Part shown: in pieces, positions 1 to 12,158 of the stretch
Numbering within the stretch: position 1 is the stretch's first letter
Layout of the letters: every line of letters begins with the position of its first letter
Source: an uncultured delta proteobacterium
Lineage (GTDB): Bacteria > Desulfobacterota > Desulfobacteria > Desulfobacterales > SG8-13
Assembly: GCA_963848135.1 (NCBI GenBank)
Contig: CAWKCK010000003.1
Coordinates: forward strand, 868,001 to 932,000
Length of the DNA stretch: 64,000 nt
Reading direction: 5' to 3'
Notes under the pieces: model-generated
Database searches by the model: none
Seen by the model: the letters and a program-made list of their open reading frames with translations, nothing else
What the model was told of the DNA's origin: nothing
Made by a program: the position numbers and the translations under genes

Positions 1-390
1 CGGGATCCGGACGGGGCTGAACGTTGTGTGGCCTGCTATCTTTGTTCGGCAGTCTGCCCGGTCAGTTGCATTTCCATGCAGTCGGCCGAAAAAGAGGATG
101 GCCGCCGCTTCGCCACCTGGTTCCGGATCAACTTTGCGCGCTGTATTTATTGCGGCCTGTGCGAAGAAGCCTGTCCGACATCGGCTATCCAGCTGACGCC
201 GGATTTCGAAAACTGCCGACGCGATATTTTGACCCTGGTCTTCGAGAAAGAAGACCTTCTGGTTGATTCCTGCGGGAAGGACACCGAATACAATTTTTAT
301 AAATACGCTGGAATTACCACAGCTCTCGGCGGAAAAGGAACCCATGCAAAGGAAGAACTGCCAGTGGATGTGAAAAGCAATATGCCCTAA
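1..390 (+). CDS. nuoI: NADH-quinone oxidoreductase subunit I (5' truncated by window edge)
   Basis: Frame open from base 1 ([20 protein letters not shown]...[12 protein letters not shown]): two 4Fe-4S motifs, directly upstream of nuoJ. Confidence 0.95.
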   Translation, partial: RDPDGAERCVACYLCSAVCPVSCISMQSAEKEDGRRFATWFRINFARCIYCGLCEEACPTSAIQLTPDFENCRRDILTLVFEKEDLLVDSCGKDTEYNFYKYAGITTALGGKGTHAKEELPVDVKSNMP

Positions 391-450
391 AAGGCTGCTT
401 TACCCGAAAATTTCATCACTCAGAAGATACATTACAGCGGCAATGAGGCC

Positions 451-978
451 ATGACTCTCAGCGCAATTCTATTTTACATCTTATCGGCTATTATACTTGC
501 GGCAACCGTGCTGGCGGTGACGCGACGCAATCTGGTGCATGCCGTGGTGTATCTGGTCATTTCCTTCTTCGGCAGTGCGCTGCTATTTTATCTCTTCGGA
601 GCCCCGATGCTGGCGGCCCTGGAGGTCATCATCTACGCCGGGGCCATTATGGTGTTGTTTCTTTTTATCATCATGATGCTCAGGGAGGGACAGTTTAAGG
701 AAGAGATGTTTCCGCTCGGTCAGTGGCTGCCGGCAGCGGCGATGGCGACGGTTTATATTTTCGTCGGGGCCGTTCTGGTTTACACCGACCCCACCGGCCG
801 GGAGGTCTTGGTCAGTGCCGTGGCGACGCCGCAAGCGTTCGGTCGCTATGTTTTTGAGAATCACTGGCTGGCAATTGAACTGGTTTCCCTTTTGCTGCTG
901 ATCGCTCTGGTTGGTGCCTTATATCTGGGCAAATCGTCACCGCACCGTCAACCCCCTGAAAGCAGGAAAGAAACATGA
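451..978 (+). CDS. nuoJ: NADH-quinone oxidoreductase subunit J
   Basis: Hydrophobic, IIYAGAIMVLFLF motif, operon position. Confidence 0.93.
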   Translation: MTLSAILFYILSAIILAATVLAVTRRNLVHAVVYLVISFFGSALLFYLFGAPMLAALEVIIYAGAIMVLFLFIIMMLREGQFKEEMFPLGQWLPAAAMATVYIFVGAVLVYTDPTGREVLVSAVATPQAFGRYVFENHWLAIELVSLLLLIALVGALYLGKSSPHRQPPESRKET

Positions 979-1277
979 TCGTACCCTTCGGACACGTTCT
1001 TTTCCTGGCCGGCATTCTTTTTATGGTCGGAATGGTATGTGCGGTGGCCCGCAGAAATCTGGTCATGATCTTGCTGGGCGTCGAGATAATGCTCAACGCG
1101 GCCACCATCGCTTTTATCGGCGCCTCTTTACGCTGGCAGGAAATGGAAGGTCAGGTATTTGTCCTCTTCATATTTGCCGTGGCTGCCGCGGAAGTGTCGG
1201 TCGGACTGGCACTCATCATTAGTGCTTACAGGCGGACAGGCTCCATTGATCCAAACAATTACAACCTGCTGAAGTGA
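975..1277 (+). CDS. nuoK: NADH-quinone oxidoreductase subunit K
   Basis: 100 aa, RRNL...EIMLNA, AAAEVSVGLA. Confidence 0.95.
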   Translation: MIVPFGHVLFLAGILFMVGMVCAVARRNLVMILLGVEIMLNAATIAFIGASLRWQEMEGQVFVLFIFAVAAAEVSVGLALIISAYRRTGSIDPNNYNLLK

Positions 1278-1284
1278 ATTATAT

Positions 1285-3186
1285 ATGATCGATTCCGGAT
1301 TCGTGCTTCCAACCCTGGCATTGGTAATCTTGGTGACCGCGTTGCCCGCCGCCGCGTTCGCAGCCATCATCGTTTTCCTGCGGCCGTATCCGCGTTGGGC
1401 GGCCGGGGCATCGATCACTGCCATATCGGTTTCCCTGGTAAGCGCTCTCTGGCTGATGTTCAGGCATTGGCACATCGAGGTCCCGATCCAGTATACCGTG
1501 CGCTGGGTCGTGTCCGGAGATCTTTATATTCCATTCGGCTTTCTGCTCGATCCCGTCAGTCTGCTCATGCTGATGGTGGTTGTGGCCATCTGTTTTCTCG
1601 TTCAGGTCTACTCGATCGGTTACATGGCCGGTGATCCGGGATTTTCACGCTACTATGCCTTCATGTCTCTGTTTGCCTGGGCAATGACGTCTTTGACGGT
1701 TTCTCCGACTCTCATTCAACTCTACATATTCTGGGAACTTGTGGGGCTGGCCTCCTATCTGCTGATCGGATTCTGGTATGAAAAATTCAGCGCCAGCGAG
1801 GCGGGGAAAAAAGCCTTCGTTATGACCCGTTTCGGAGATGTGGCTTTTTTCCTCGGTGTGCTGCTGATTCTGCTTCATTTCGGAAACCTCAATATTATGG
1901 ATCTGAACGGGCCTGGTGTTGTCGAGCAAATGGCGCCCGGTATTCTTACCCTTTCGGTTTTGCTGGTATTCGGCGGTATTATCGGCAAAAGCGCTCAGTT
2001 TCCGTTATTGACCTGGTTACCGGACGCCATGGAAGGACCGACGCCGGTAAGTGCCTTGCTCCATTCCGCCACCATGGTGGCCGCCGGTGTCTACCTGTTT
2101 GCCCGGTTGTTCCCCTTTTTCAGCCAGTCCTCCGTTGCCATGGGCGTGATCCTGGCCATCGGGACCATCAGTATGCTGGCCGCTTCCACCATGGCCATGG
2201 TCAGCCGGGACATCAAGCGCGTATGGGCCTATTCTACGATCAGCCAGCTGGGTTACATGATTATGGCTCTGGCGGCGGGCGGCTATTTTGCCGGCGTCTT
2301 TCACCTGACAACCCATGCCGGGTTTAAAGCCCTGTTATTTCTCTGCTCAGGGGTTTTCATTCACCATTGCAACACCAACGATATGTTCGAGATCGGCCGA
2401 CGGGGCGGCAGACGCCAGGTGGTTCCGCTGATCTGCATGATCATCGGGGCGGCGGCGCTCGCCGGTGTGCCACCTCTGTCCGGTTTCTACAGCAAGGAGC
2501 TGATACTGGGGGTCCTGGCCGACCGGCACAATGCCATCTGGGTGGCAGCCGGACTGCTGGGGGTTTTCTTGACCGGCTATTACACCTTTCGATTGATATT
2601 TATTATCCTGTTTCCAGCATCCGTTTCAGAAGTCGACAGTGAACACGGGAAAGGCGACCATGACGACCGTCTGAATGAACGGGTCATGGTCTGGCCGCTG
2701 GTCGCGCTCGCGGCTATCACGCTGGTGCTCGGTTTTGTCGAGCAGCCTCTGGAACATTTTATCGGGTTTAATCGGACTGTTGATGCTGTGCCCCATTCGG
2801 GGCCCCACTGGACGTTATACATTTCACTCGGGCTGGCAGCCGCGGCAGTGGGACTGGCCTGGCTGGAATTTGGCCGCAGGGGGGCGGCACAGATTGGTTT
2901 TGTCGAGCGGATTCCGGTACTTAACGCGTTTTTCAGCGAGCGCTGGTATATCGACCGATTCTACCGGATGATTCTCGATCGGGTGATTTACAATGGTTTC
3001 GCCGCTCTTTGCGCCAAGAACGATGAAAAGGTCATCGACGGCAGCATCGATGGTTTCGGTCGGGGAACCGCCCAAACCGGACGGCTGATCGCCCGATTAC
3101 ACACTGGAATGATACAGTACCGGCTTTTGATCATCTTTGCGATCATTGTTCTGCTGGGGATATACGTCGCGTTCTCGGTCGGTTGA
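1285..3186 (+). CDS. nuoL: NADH-quinone oxidoreductase subunit L
   Basis: GKSAQFPL.TWLPDAMEGPTPVSALLHSATMV, AYSTISQLGY, HAGFKALLFL. Confidence 0.95.
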   Translation: MIDSGFVLPTLALVILVTALPAAAFAAIIVFLRPYPRWAAGASITAISVSLVSALWLMFRHWHIEVPIQYTVRWVVSGDLYIPFGFLLDPVSLLMLMVVVAICFLVQVYSIGYMAGDPGFSRYYAFMSLFAWAMTSLTVSPTLIQLYIFWELVGLASYLLIGFWYEKFSASEAGKKAFVMTRFGDVAFFLGVLLILLHFGNLNIMDLNGPGVVEQMAPGILTLSVLLVFGGIIGKSAQFPLLTWLPDAMEGPTPVSALLHSATMVAAGVYLFARLFPFFSQSSVAMGVILAIGTISMLAASTMAMVSRDIKRVWAYSTISQLGYMIMALAAGGYFAGVFHLTTHAGFKALLFLCSGVFIHHCNTNDMFEIGRRGGRRQVVPLICMIIGAAALAGVPPLSGFYSKELILGVLADRHNAIWVAAGLLGVFLTGYYTFRLIFIILFPASVSEVDSEHGKGDHDDRLNERVMVWPLVALAAITLVLGFVEQPLEHFIGFNRTVDAVPHSGPHWTLYISLGLAAAAVGLAWLEFGRRGAAQIGFVERIPVLNAFFSERWYIDRFYRMILDRVIYNGFAALCAKNDEKVIDGSIDGFGRGTAQTGRLIARLHTGMIQYRLLIIFAIIVLLGIYVAFSVG

Positions 3187-3272
3187 GATGGACCAAAGGC
3201 AAGTTAGAATCTAAACAAAAACGATACGTCAACGTTCAAAACGGTGCAACCGACTTACAGGATTGGGTTTAA

Positions 3273-4751
3273 ATGCCGATTTCACACACCGATTTTCCTT
3301 ACTTATCAGCCATCCTGCTAAGCTGCATCATCGGGCTATTCGTGATTCTTTTCATACCGGCCGAGCGCCGGTTAGCGATCAAGTGGGTCAGTGCGGTGTT
3401 TTCAGGAATCACGCTGGTGCTCTCTGTGTATCTCTTTTTCGCTTACGATAAAAACATCGGGGGCCTTCAGTTTGTGGAAGAATGGCCATGGGTGCCTTCC
3501 CTGGGAATCAGTTATTTCAATGCCGCCGATGGGTTCAACCTGCCCATGCTGCTGCTTACCGGCGTCGTGTTTTTCACCGGAGTGCTGACCATGTGGGAGC
3601 TGGAAAACCGCGTCAAGGAATTCTTCGCCCTTATCTTCCTGCTGGTGGCCGGGGTGTTCGGTCTGTTCATGAGCTTCGACCTTTTCTTTATTTTCATCTG
3701 GTACGATGTCTCTCTTTTTCCCATGTATTTACTCATCGTGGTTTGGGGGACCACCCGCAAGGAATACGGGGCCATGAAATTGACCCTGTACCTGCTGGCG
3801 GGCAGCGCCCTCATCCTGCCGGCCATCGTTTACCTGTCCGTGAGCTCAGGGTTGAATACATTCAACCTTATTACCCTGATGCAGTCGGGGACCTTCACAC
3901 CGTATCAGCAGAAAATTGCCTTCCTGCTTTTTTACCTCGGATTTGGCATACTGGCCGGTGTGTGGCCCTTTCACACTTGGTCACCGGTGGGGCACGTGGC
4001 CGCACCGACAGCGGTCAGCATGATCCACGCCGGGGTGTTGATGAAAATCGGGGCTTTCGGAGTGTTGCGGATCGGTATGTTTCTGTGCCCCGAGGGCTGG
4101 CAGTACTGGGCCCAGCTCATGGCATTTCTGGCCGCGGTCGGTATCGTTTACGGTGCATTGGTGGGATTGAAACAGAACGATCTCAAGTATGTGATCGGAT
4201 ACTCCAGTGTGTCCCACATGGGTATCGTGGGTCTCGGTCTGGCGACGGTGACCGTCGACGGGCTGAACGGCGCCGTCTTTCAAATGTTCGCCCACGGGGT
4301 GATGACCGCACTGCTCTTTTCTTCGGTCGGCTACATATATGATCGCACCCACACCCGCATGCTCGATGAACTTGGCGGGCTGAGCCGGATCATGCCAGTG
4401 GCGTCGGGGTTTTTCATCCTTGCCGCGCTGGCGGGTATCGGCGTCCCCTTTCTGGCCAGTTTCTGGGGCGAACTTTTGGTTTTTATATCATCCTTCAAAG
4501 TCTATCCGCTTTTCGGTACCATGGCCGTCGCCGCTCTGGTGATCAGTGCCTTATTCATGTTGCGGGTGATCCAAAAGGCATTTTACGGTCCGCGCAACGA
4601 TAAGTTCGAAAATCTATCGGACGTCACCCTCGGTCTGGGCATACCGCGGATCATTCTGGCGGCAGTGATCGTTATCTTCGGAATCTTTCCTTCGATCATG
4701 TTCGATATGATCGACACGGCATCGATTCCTTTTATCGGCGGTTTACCATGA
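3273..4751 (+). CDS. nuoM: NADH-quinone oxidoreductase subunit M
   Basis: PFHTW.P.GHVAAPT, YSSVSHMG, YDRTHTR. Confidence 0.93.
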   Translation: MPISHTDFPYLSAILLSCIIGLFVILFIPAERRLAIKWVSAVFSGITLVLSVYLFFAYDKNIGGLQFVEEWPWVPSLGISYFNAADGFNLPMLLLTGVVFFTGVLTMWELENRVKEFFALIFLLVAGVFGLFMSFDLFFIFIWYDVSLFPMYLLIVVWGTTRKEYGAMKLTLYLLAGSALILPAIVYLSVSSGLNTFNLITLMQSGTFTPYQQKIAFLLFYLGFGILAGVWPFHTWSPVGHVAAPTAVSMIHAGVLMKIGAFGVLRIGMFLCPEGWQYWAQLMAFLAAVGIVYGALVGLKQNDLKYVIGYSSVSHMGIVGLGLATVTVDGLNGAVFQMFAHGVMTALLFSSVGYIYDRTHTRMLDELGGLSRIMPVASGFFILAALAGIGVPFLASFWGELLVFISSFKVYPLFGTMAVAALVISALFMLRVIQKAFYGPRNDKFENLSDVTLGLGIPRIILAAVIVIFGIFPSIMFDMIDTASIPFIGGLP

Positions 4752-6169
4752 TGCATTGGCACCTCTTTAGTTCTGAGCTGTATTATTTCCTGGCGCTCAT
4801 CGTCTTCACCGTGATGGCCATGCTGCCACATCCCAACCCCCGGCGCGAGTTCACCGCGGCCCTCTTTCTGTCGGCTATTGGGATGGCCATTTGCATTGCC
4901 GGTGTTCGATCCGAAGGTCTGCTCTTTGCAGGGACTTACAGCGTGGAACTTTACTCCCAGGTTTTCAAAGTGATGCTCTCCATGGGGCTTTTTCTGATCA
5001 TTTGCATCTGCACCAGTCTCGACGGGGTCGCCAAAGAGCATCATGCCGAATTCTACCTTTGTCTCTTTACCTGCACCATGGCGATGATGATGCTGGCCAG
5101 TGCCGTCCACCTGTTGACCATCTATGTTGCCCTGGAGCTTTCCAGCTACTCGCTTTATATCCTGGTGGTGATGAACCGGCGCCAGGAATCCGGTCTCGAG
5201 GCGGGCCTGAAGTATTTTCTGGTGGGTGTTGTCGCTTCGGCCGTTATGCTTTTCGGTCTGGCCATCCTCTACGGTTCCATCCGGGCCACTTATTTGAGCG
5301 AAATTGTTCAGGTGATTCCGGCGGTGATCGATCAACCGCTGGTAATTATCGGTCTACTGCTGAGCCTCGGAGGATTCTTGTTCAAACTGGCTGTTTTTCC
5401 TTTCCATTTCTGGGCGCCGGATGTCTATCAGGGGGCACCCAACCAGGTGGCTGCATTTATCGCCTCTGCTTCCAAGGTGGCGGCCATCGCCATACTGGTG
5501 CGTTTCGTGGCCATGAGCGGCGGTGGCAGCGTCTACCTGGCACACGCCTTGGTGGCTTTGGCCATCGTTTCCATGACCGTGGGCAACCTGGCAGCCATTG
5601 CTCAGAGAGACTTCAATCGCCTGATGGCCTATTCGAGTATCGCCCACGCCGGGTACCTGCTCATCGGGATTTTGTGCATGGATACCGCCGGTTATGCTTC
5701 GGCGATTTTTTACGGGTTGTCCCTGATGCTGATGAAATTCACCTGCTTCCTCGTCCTGGTCAAGGTGTCCACCGGCGGCGACAGCCTGCCAATCGACCAA
5801 CTGGCCGGGTTGCACCGGCGATCACCGCTGCTGGCCATGGCCCTTATGCTGGCCCTTTTCGGGCTGGCCGGCATACCGCCGACCATCGGTTTCACCGGCA
5901 AGCTGTTGGTCTTCATCGCGGCCATGCAAAACGGCTACGGCATCCTTGTCCTGATTGCCATGATCAATGTCGTTATCTCTCTTTACTACTACCTGTTGGT
6001 TGTGAAGGCCGCCTACCTTCTTGAACCGACGCAGGAACAGCCGCCGCTTGCCGTCTCTCCTGCCGTCAAAGTCATGGCAGTCTTACTGGTAACCGCAATG
6101 ATCGTGATCGGCATTTACCCCACCCCTTTTCTTTCCCTGGTCCAAGAAGCGGCGCGATTGCTCGTCTGA
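4748..6169 (+). CDS. nuoN: NADH-quinone oxidoreductase subunit N
   Basis: EAGLKYFLVG, FKLAVFPFHFWAPDVYQGAP, AYSSIAHAGY. Confidence 0.95.
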   Translation: MMHWHLFSSELYYFLALIVFTVMAMLPHPNPRREFTAALFLSAIGMAICIAGVRSEGLLFAGTYSVELYSQVFKVMLSMGLFLIICICTSLDGVAKEHHAEFYLCLFTCTMAMMMLASAVHLLTIYVALELSSYSLYILVVMNRRQESGLEAGLKYFLVGVVASAVMLFGLAILYGSIRATYLSEIVQVIPAVIDQPLVIIGLLLSLGGFLFKLAVFPFHFWAPDVYQGAPNQVAAFIASASKVAAIAILVRFVAMSGGGSVYLAHALVALAIVSMTVGNLAAIAQRDFNRLMAYSSIAHAGYLLIGILCMDTAGYASAIFYGLSLMLMKFTCFLVLVKVSTGGDSLPIDQLAGLHRRSPLLAMALMLALFGLAGIPPTIGFTGKLLVFIAAMQNGYGILVLIAMINVVISLYYYLLVVKAAYLLEPTQEQPPLAVSPAVKVMAVLLVTAMIVIGIYPTPFLSLVQEAARLLV

Positions 6170-6360
6170 CAGCCATAAAGACGTATTGGCGTCAGACAAC
6201 AAGCGTCGACCGGAGTCGACCGGACGCGCGGTTTTTCATTAACGCCGGCTCATCTGCTCTGCAAATTTCATCTGGTAAACCACAGGACCTTTCTCCTGCT
6301 TGCATGCGTGTCTTTCATGGGTGCTTCATTTTTTCCGGTCCGTGCCTTAATCCATAGAGA

Positions 6361-6422
6361 CGGCATAAGTGGTTGGTGAAAAAACTTTCGAACTGCGATG
6401 TGTTTTTTTGGCAACCACCATA
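6361..6422 (+). repeat. Solo module-2 copy of the dispersed double-hairpin repeat
   Basis: ataagtggttggtgaaaaaactttcgaactgcgatgtgtttttttggcaaccaccata matches the second half of the copies at 46422 and 52746. Confidence 0.7.
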
Positions 6423-6710
6423 TAATTTTTCTAAGAATGATTTAGATCATTTTGATTGACACGGACGCACAGTTTTTTTAGTTTTAGAGTTCGAACAGGG
6501 GGAAAGAGTGTATTGCCACATCAACCGTATCGTTCAGCTTACCCGTGCGATACGGTCTCAGCCGATAAACGGGTGGCCATCGGTGATTCCATTTTCAAGC
6601 GCGAAAACACCGAAAGGCATCCGTTTGTCTATTTGCTACCTTTTTCCCTCAGCCATACGACCCGCGGGTGTCCAGCGATCTTGGCAAAAACCACAGACCG
6701 GAGTCAGCGC

Positions 6711-7877
6711 ATGCATTTGAGAACCGCTATCAGCCTGATCATGTTGTCGGTGACGGCATTCACTCAAGGTTGTGACAAGATCGGGCCGGGAAACGTCGCC
6801 AAATCGGCGGCCAGTACGGTCCATATTGCCGTTGCGCAGGGACGCCTCTCCCGCCAACCAGAGATTAACGAGGTCATGGGAACCGTTCGCGCGCAGACAA
6901 GCAGCGTCATTGCCAGTAAATTGATGGGTACCGTTAGAAGAATTCTCGTGGTGGAGGGACAGAAGGTCGATGCGGGAGAACTTCTGGTCGCGCTTGACCA
7001 GCGCCAGGTGTCCGCTCAACTGCAACAGGCCGAAGCGGCTTTGGCAGAGGCCCGCAAGGCCGAAGTCGCCGCGAATTCCGCTTTGGAATCCGCCCGGGCA
7101 GGGGCTGAATTGGCCCGTACCAACGACACCCGTTACTTGGCGATGCTCGCGGAGCAAGCGGTCGCGCAGCAAGAAGCCGATACAGTGAGTACCGGATACC
7201 GGCAAGCCCAGGCGGCCCTGAACCAGGCCAAAGCCATGGCGGCAGCAGCTCGGAGTCGTGTCGAACAGGCCCGTGCCGCTGTCGCCGGTGCCAAGGTGTC
7301 CAGCGGCGATGCGTCCGTTACGGCACCGTATAAAGGCATCATCACCGCGAAGCTGGTGGATGTCGGCGATCTGGCATCCCCGGGAATGCCGTTGTTGAAA
7401 ATCGAAAAGACCGGGGGGTACCAGGTGGAGCTGGAAATACCGGAGGCGCGCATTCAACACATTCGCATTGGCGAGACGGTTGTGGTTCAGATACCAGCTG
7501 CCGAGGGACCAGCGTTGGAAGGCAAAGTGGAGACGATCGCACCGTCAGCCGATACCCAGAGCCGTTCATTCCTGGTGAAAGCCAGGCTGCCGGATGCGCC
7601 TCACATCAAATCCGGCATGTTTGCCCGGGTTGCCATTCCCGCTGGTGTGGAAAGCATGATGTTGGTCCCGTTGACGGCAATTGTCCATCAAGGGCAACTG
7701 ACCGGCATCTTCACCCTCGATGACGAGCAGACGGCACGGTTCCGCTTGCTTCGCACCGGCCGGACGATCGGGGATTCCATTGAGGTCCTTTCCGGGCTGA
7801 TGGAAGGAACTCGGTATGTTGTTTCACCACCGCCGGGTTTCAAGGACGGGACCAAAGTGGAGGACACGCCTTCATGA
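6711..7877 (+). CDS. RND efflux periplasmic adaptor (membrane fusion protein), probable lipoprotein
   Basis: Start moved to ATG 6711 (ggag RBS; signal peptide ending TQGC); lipoyl-like halves and coiled coil; overlaps the RND permease start. Confidence 0.88.
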   Translation: MHLRTAISLIMLSVTAFTQGCDKIGPGNVAKSAASTVHIAVAQGRLSRQPEINEVMGTVRAQTSSVIASKLMGTVRRILVVEGQKVDAGELLVALDQRQVSAQLQQAEAALAEARKAEVAANSALESARAGAELARTNDTRYLAMLAEQAVAQQEADTVSTGYRQAQAALNQAKAMAAAARSRVEQARAAVAGAKVSSGDASVTAPYKGIITAKLVDVGDLASPGMPLLKIEKTGGYQVELEIPEARIQHIRIGETVVVQIPAAEGPALEGKVETIAPSADTQSRSFLVKARLPDAPHIKSGMFARVAIPAGVESMMLVPLTAIVHQGQLTGIFTLDDEQTARFRLLRTGRTIGDSIEVLSGLMEGTRYVVSPPPGFKDGTKVEDTPS

Positions 7878-10800
7878 GTCAGAAATACGGGCCGGCCGGA
7901 AAAGTCGCCAAGTTTTTCATCGACTCGAAGCTCACTCCTCTGGTTATCGGTGCCGCCATGCTGCTCGGCGTGGCGGCGGTCATTGCCCTGCCCCGGGAAG
8001 AGGAACCCCAGATCATCGTTCCCATGATCGATGTCTTCGTTCAGATGCCCGGTGCCAGCGCTGAAGAAGTGGAACAGCGTGTCACCAGTCCCATGGAGAA
8101 GTTGCTGTGGGAAATACCGGGTGTTGAATATGTTTACTCCACGTCGAGTCCGGGCCTGTCGATGGTGGTGGTCCGATTCTTCGTCGGGGAGGACGAGGAA
8201 AGATCGATCGTTCGGTTGCAGTCGAAGCTGATGTCCAACATGGACCGCATTCCCTGTTGCGTGACACCGCCGCTGATAAAACCCCGTTATATTGACGATG
8301 TCCCCATACTGTCCCTGACTTTCTGGAGCGATAGCGCGGACCATTACATGCTTCGGCGGGTGGCGGCCGAGGTTGAAAACCTGATCAAACCCGAAAATAA
8401 TGTTTCCATAACCCATCTCATCGGCGGTTACCGTCGGCAAGTCGAAGTCAACCTGGATCCGACTCGCCTGGCAGCCTACGGCTTATCCGAACAGCAGGTT
8501 ACCGACCTGGTTTGGGCCACCAACCAGGAGGCCGATGCCGGAAGTTATCCCTCATCGACCGATGGCCAGGTCCTGGTCCATACCGGCAGATTTTTAAAGG
8601 ATGCGGACGATGTCGGCCGGGTGGTCGTCAGCGTTCGTAACGGGCGACCGGTCTACCTGCGGGATATTGCGGTTATATCGGACGGCCCGGCCGAACCGGA
8701 TCAGTACGTTTTCTACGGATCCGGTCCGGCCCTGCATGCAGAGGACAATTCCCGCGGAGCCACCGGCGAACGCGTTTTTCCGGCGGTGACGCTGACGGTG
8801 GCCAAACGCAAAGGGACCAATGCCATTAGTGTGGCCGGAAAAGTTCTCGATCGGGTGGCGGAGGTTCGCGGTTCGGTCATTCCGGACGATATCAACGTCA
8901 CGGTCACCCGCAATTATGGGGAAACGGCCGAGGAAAAGTCGAACGAACTTTTGTACCATATGCTAATTGCGATCGTGTCGGTCACTTTGCTCATCTGGCT
9001 CACTTTGGGTCGCAGGGAATCAGGAGTCGTCGCCCTGGCGATTCCCGTTACGCTGGCGCTGACCCTGGCGGTATTTTACATTTACGGGTACACCCTTAAC
9101 CGGATTACCCTTTTCGCCTTGATATTTTCCATCGGCATCCTTGTGGACGATGCCATTGTGGTCGTGGAGAATATCGTACGGCACTACCGCCTGCCCGAGA
9201 ACAAAGGACGGTCGCGATTCGAAGTGGTCCTGGAAGCGGTGGACGAGGTGGGCAACCCGACGATTCTGGCGACACTGACCGTCATCGCCGCCATTTTGCC
9301 GATGGCCTTTGTCGGCGGGCTCATGGGACCTTACATGCGTCCCATACCGGTGGGGGCTTCAGCCGCCATGGTGTTTTCACTGATCGTGGCCTTCATCGTC
9401 ACCCCCTGGGCTTCTGTGCGTTTGATCCGGCATGAAGCGCATCACGGGGAGGCTGTAGAAGGGCAGGGGCACAGTGAAGAAGATTGGGCGACACATCTCT
9501 ACCGGCGCGTCATGGACCCCTTGATCCACCGCCCCCTGTGGCGCTGGTCTTTTCTGATATCGGTGGTGGTTCTGTTGCTTCTGGCCTGTGCCCTTGTGGC
9601 TGTTGGTTTGGTGCGGGTCAAGATGCTTCCCTTTGACAACAAGAGCGAGTTTCAGGTTATCATAGACATGCCAGAAACGGCCACCCTGGAGCAGACAGCG
9701 GCCGCTGCCCTCGAGATGGGGGATCACCTCAAGACTGTCAACGAAGTTACGGATTACCAGATATACGTGGGTACGGCCGGTCCGTTCAATTTCAACGGTT
9801 TGGTGCGCCATTACGACCTGCGGCAAGGCCCCCAGGTCGCAGACATCCAGGTCAACTTGGCGGCAAAAGGAGATCGCAAAGAACAGAGCCATCAGATTGC
9901 CAAGCGGGTGCGACCGGCCCTCCAGAGGGTTGCCGATCGTTTCGGTGCCCGGGTCAAAGTGGCCGAGGTTCCTCCCGGCCCACCGGTTTTGTCGACCCTG
10001 GTGGCCGAAATCTATGGTCCGAATTATTCCCGCCAGCGCGACCTGGCTCTTCAAGTCCGTCAGGTTTTTGAAGATACCCCGGGGGTGGTGGATGTGGACT
10101 GGTTCATGGAAGACGGGCAGGTGCGCTATGTGTTGGCACCGGATGAAGGCAAAGCCGCTCTGAGCGGAATTCGGGTGTCCCAGATCAACCAGGTGCTCGA
10201 GACGGCCCTCAAGGGCAAGGCAGTGGGATTGCTGCACCAACCGGCTGAGAAAGAAGACGTACAGATCCTCTTTCGTTCTCCTCTGGCCGCGCGGGCCGGT
10301 ATCGGCCGACTGGAAGCGATCAAGATCCCCGCTGCCGACGGACGTCTTGTTTCCCTTGCGAGCCTGGTTGTCTCACGCAAAACAGACAGTGATCGCAGCA
10401 TCTATCACAAGAACCTCATGCCGGTCGTGTACGTTATCGGAGACGTTGCCGGCGCGAAAGAGAGTCCTGTTTATGCCATCCTTGAGATGTATCGTAAAAT
10501 TGAAGGCCTATCCGTGCCCGAAGGCTACCAGATCGTGCAGCATACCGCCGATCTACCCGCGAGTGACCGCCGCTACGCAATGAAATGGGACGGTGAATGG
10601 CACATCACTTATGAAGTTTTCAGGGATTTGGGACTTGCCTTCGGCGTGGTTCTGATTCTCATTTTCGTTCTCGTGGTCGGCTGGTTCCAGTCCTATTCCA
10701 CGCCCATGGTCATCATGGTTGCGATACCATTTTCATTAATCGGTATTCTGCCGGCCCATTGGATGTTCGGGGCCTTTTTTACGGCCACCTCCATGATCGG

Positions 10801-11140
10801 TTTCATTGCCGGTGCCGGCATCGTCGTGCGCAATTCGATCATCCTGGTCGACTTCATCGAGTTGAGGGTTCAGCAAGGCGTGCCTCTCGATCAGGCCGTA
10901 ATCGATGCCGGTGCGGTGCGTTTCCGTCCCATGATGCTCACGGCTGCTGCTGTGGTGGTCGGGGCCTCGGTCATCCTCTTCGATCCTATATTCCAAGGAT
11001 TGGCCATCTCCCTGATGGCGGGAGAAGTGGCTTCGCTGCTGTTTTCGCGTATGACCGTTCCGATCCTCTACTTTTTGGACAAGCGTTGGGAACAGGGCCA
11101 CTTTCATCACGGTGCAGACAAAGACCTGCCCCAGGAATAA
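7874..11140 (+). CDS. RND efflux permease (AcrB/AcrD/AcrF family)
   Basis: 1088 aa; [35 protein letters not shown]. Confidence 0.95.
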   Translation: MSQKYGPAGKVAKFFIDSKLTPLVIGAAMLLGVAAVIALPREEEPQIIVPMIDVFVQMPGASAEEVEQRVTSPMEKLLWEIPGVEYVYSTSSPGLSMVVVRFFVGEDEERSIVRLQSKLMSNMDRIPCCVTPPLIKPRYIDDVPILSLTFWSDSADHYMLRRVAAEVENLIKPENNVSITHLIGGYRRQVEVNLDPTRLAAYGLSEQQVTDLVWATNQEADAGSYPSSTDGQVLVHTGRFLKDADDVGRVVVSVRNGRPVYLRDIAVISDGPAEPDQYVFYGSGPALHAEDNSRGATGERVFPAVTLTVAKRKGTNAISVAGKVLDRVAEVRGSVIPDDINVTVTRNYGETAEEKSNELLYHMLIAIVSVTLLIWLTLGRRESGVVALAIPVTLALTLAVFYIYGYTLNRITLFALIFSIGILVDDAIVVVENIVRHYRLPENKGRSRFEVVLEAVDEVGNPTILATLTVIAAILPMAFVGGLMGPYMRPIPVGASAAMVFSLIVAFIVTPWASVRLIRHEAHHGEAVEGQGHSEEDWATHLYRRVMDPLIHRPLWRWSFLISVVVLLLLACALVAVGLVRVKMLPFDNKSEFQVIIDMPETATLEQTAAAALEMGDHLKTVNEVTDYQIYVGTAGPFNFNGLVRHYDLRQGPQVADIQVNLAAKGDRKEQSHQIAKRVRPALQRVADRFGARVKVAEVPPGPPVLSTLVAEIYGPNYSRQRDLALQVRQVFEDTPGVVDVDWFMEDGQVRYVLAPDEGKAALSGIRVSQINQVLETALKGKAVGLLHQPAEKEDVQILFRSPLAARAGIGRLEAIKIPAADGRLVSLASLVVSRKTDSDRSIYHKNLMPVVYVIGDVAGAKESPVYAILEMYRKIEGLSVPEGYQIVQHTADLPASDRRYAMKWDGEWHITYEVFRDLGLAFGVVLILIFVLVVGWFQSYSTPMVIMVAIPFSLIGILPAHWMFGAFFTATSMIGFIAGAGIVVRNSIILVDFIELRVQQGVPLDQAVIDAGAVRFRPMMLTAAAVVVGASVILFDPIFQGLAISLMAGEVASLLFSRMTVPILYFLDKRWEQGHFHHGADKDLPQE

Positions 11141-11176
11141 AAATAAAAACGACCCTTTAAGGAAATTCCATTACCA

Positions 11177-12115
11177 ATGCCGCGATCCAAATCACCGGAA
11201 CCCTATCGCCAGGCCAATCTCCGAAGAAATCTGCAACTCAGAGCGTCAGTTTTACAAAGCATCCGAGGCTATTTCACCGACAACTTCTATTTGGAGGTGG
11301 AAACGCCGGTCCGGATCTCGGCACCGGCACCCGAGGCTCACATCGATGCCCAACCAGCGGGAGAGTGGTATCTGCAAACCTCGCCCGAATTGTGCATGAA
11401 GCGGCTGCTGGCCGCGGGATACCAGCGGATTTTTCAGATCTGCAAATGCTTCCGCAACAATGAAAGAGGCCGACGCCATCTGCCGGAACTTACCATGCTG
11501 GAGTGGTACACGGCCGGCCATGACTATACCGACATGATGGCCCAGTGCGAGGCACTGTTAATCGATGTTGCCGGCCGTATGGGTTGCAAACGGGGCCTGC
11601 ACTACCGGGGGCGACGCATTGATTTGTCACTGCCTTGGCCGCGCATGACGGTGGCGGAAGCATTCGAACAATTGGCAGGCACATCCGTCGAACAAGCCAT
11701 GGACCACGATCGGTTTGAAGAAGTTCTTGCCCTGCAGATCGAACCGCAGCTCGGGAGCGATAAACCGGTGTTTCTTTATGACTATCCTGCCGCCCATGGG
11801 GCTCAGGCACGACTGAAGTCGTCGAATCGGCGCGTGGCCGAGCGTTTCGAGCTATACATAGGAGGGGTGGAACTCTGCAATGCCTTCACGGAACTCAGCG
11901 ATCCGAAGGAACAGCGCGCGCGGTTCGAAGTGGAAGGAGAACTACGTCGTAAAGCCGGGAACAGGGTCTACCCTATGCCGGATAGATTCCTGGAAGCCCT
12001 CAAGGACATGCCGGCCGCGGCCGGAAATGCTTTGGGTATCGACCGACTGGTGATGCTCTTCGCGGATACAGCAAAGATCGACGATGTGGTGGCTTTCGTT
12101 CCGGAGGAGCTTTAA
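11177..12115 (+). CDS. epmA: EF-P lysine aminoacylase (EpmA/GenX)
   Basis: LysRS catalytic domain only: YLQTSPELCMKRLL, FRNNE.GRRH.PE, ERFELY, ALGIDRLVM. Confidence 0.9.
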   Translation: MPRSKSPEPYRQANLRRNLQLRASVLQSIRGYFTDNFYLEVETPVRISAPAPEAHIDAQPAGEWYLQTSPELCMKRLLAAGYQRIFQICKCFRNNERGRRHLPELTMLEWYTAGHDYTDMMAQCEALLIDVAGRMGCKRGLHYRGRRIDLSLPWPRMTVAEAFEQLAGTSVEQAMDHDRFEEVLALQIEPQLGSDKPVFLYDYPAAHGAQARLKSSNRRVAERFELYIGGVELCNAFTELSDPKEQRARFEVEGELRRKAGNRVYPMPDRFLEALKDMPAAAGNALGIDRLVMLFADTAKIDDVVAFVPEEL

Positions 12116-12158
12116 TTTTTACCCGTGATATTTCTTTTTTCTCCATTTGGGACTGATG

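Noticed and set aside
3482..6024. Long alternative-frame ORFs (286 aa, 377 aa, 250 aa) over nuoM and nuoN
   Set aside because: Shadow ORFs typical of GC-rich coding DNA; no motifs; the same applies to most overlapping ORFs in the track
6205..6224. Tandem 10-bp duplication gtcgaccgga after nuoN
   Set aside because: Two units only, inside a weak terminator-like hairpin; no evidence of function
6456..6710. Long N-terminal extension of the RND adaptor ORF
   Set aside because: TTG start without RBS; ATG 6711 has an RBS and gives a normal lipoprotein signal
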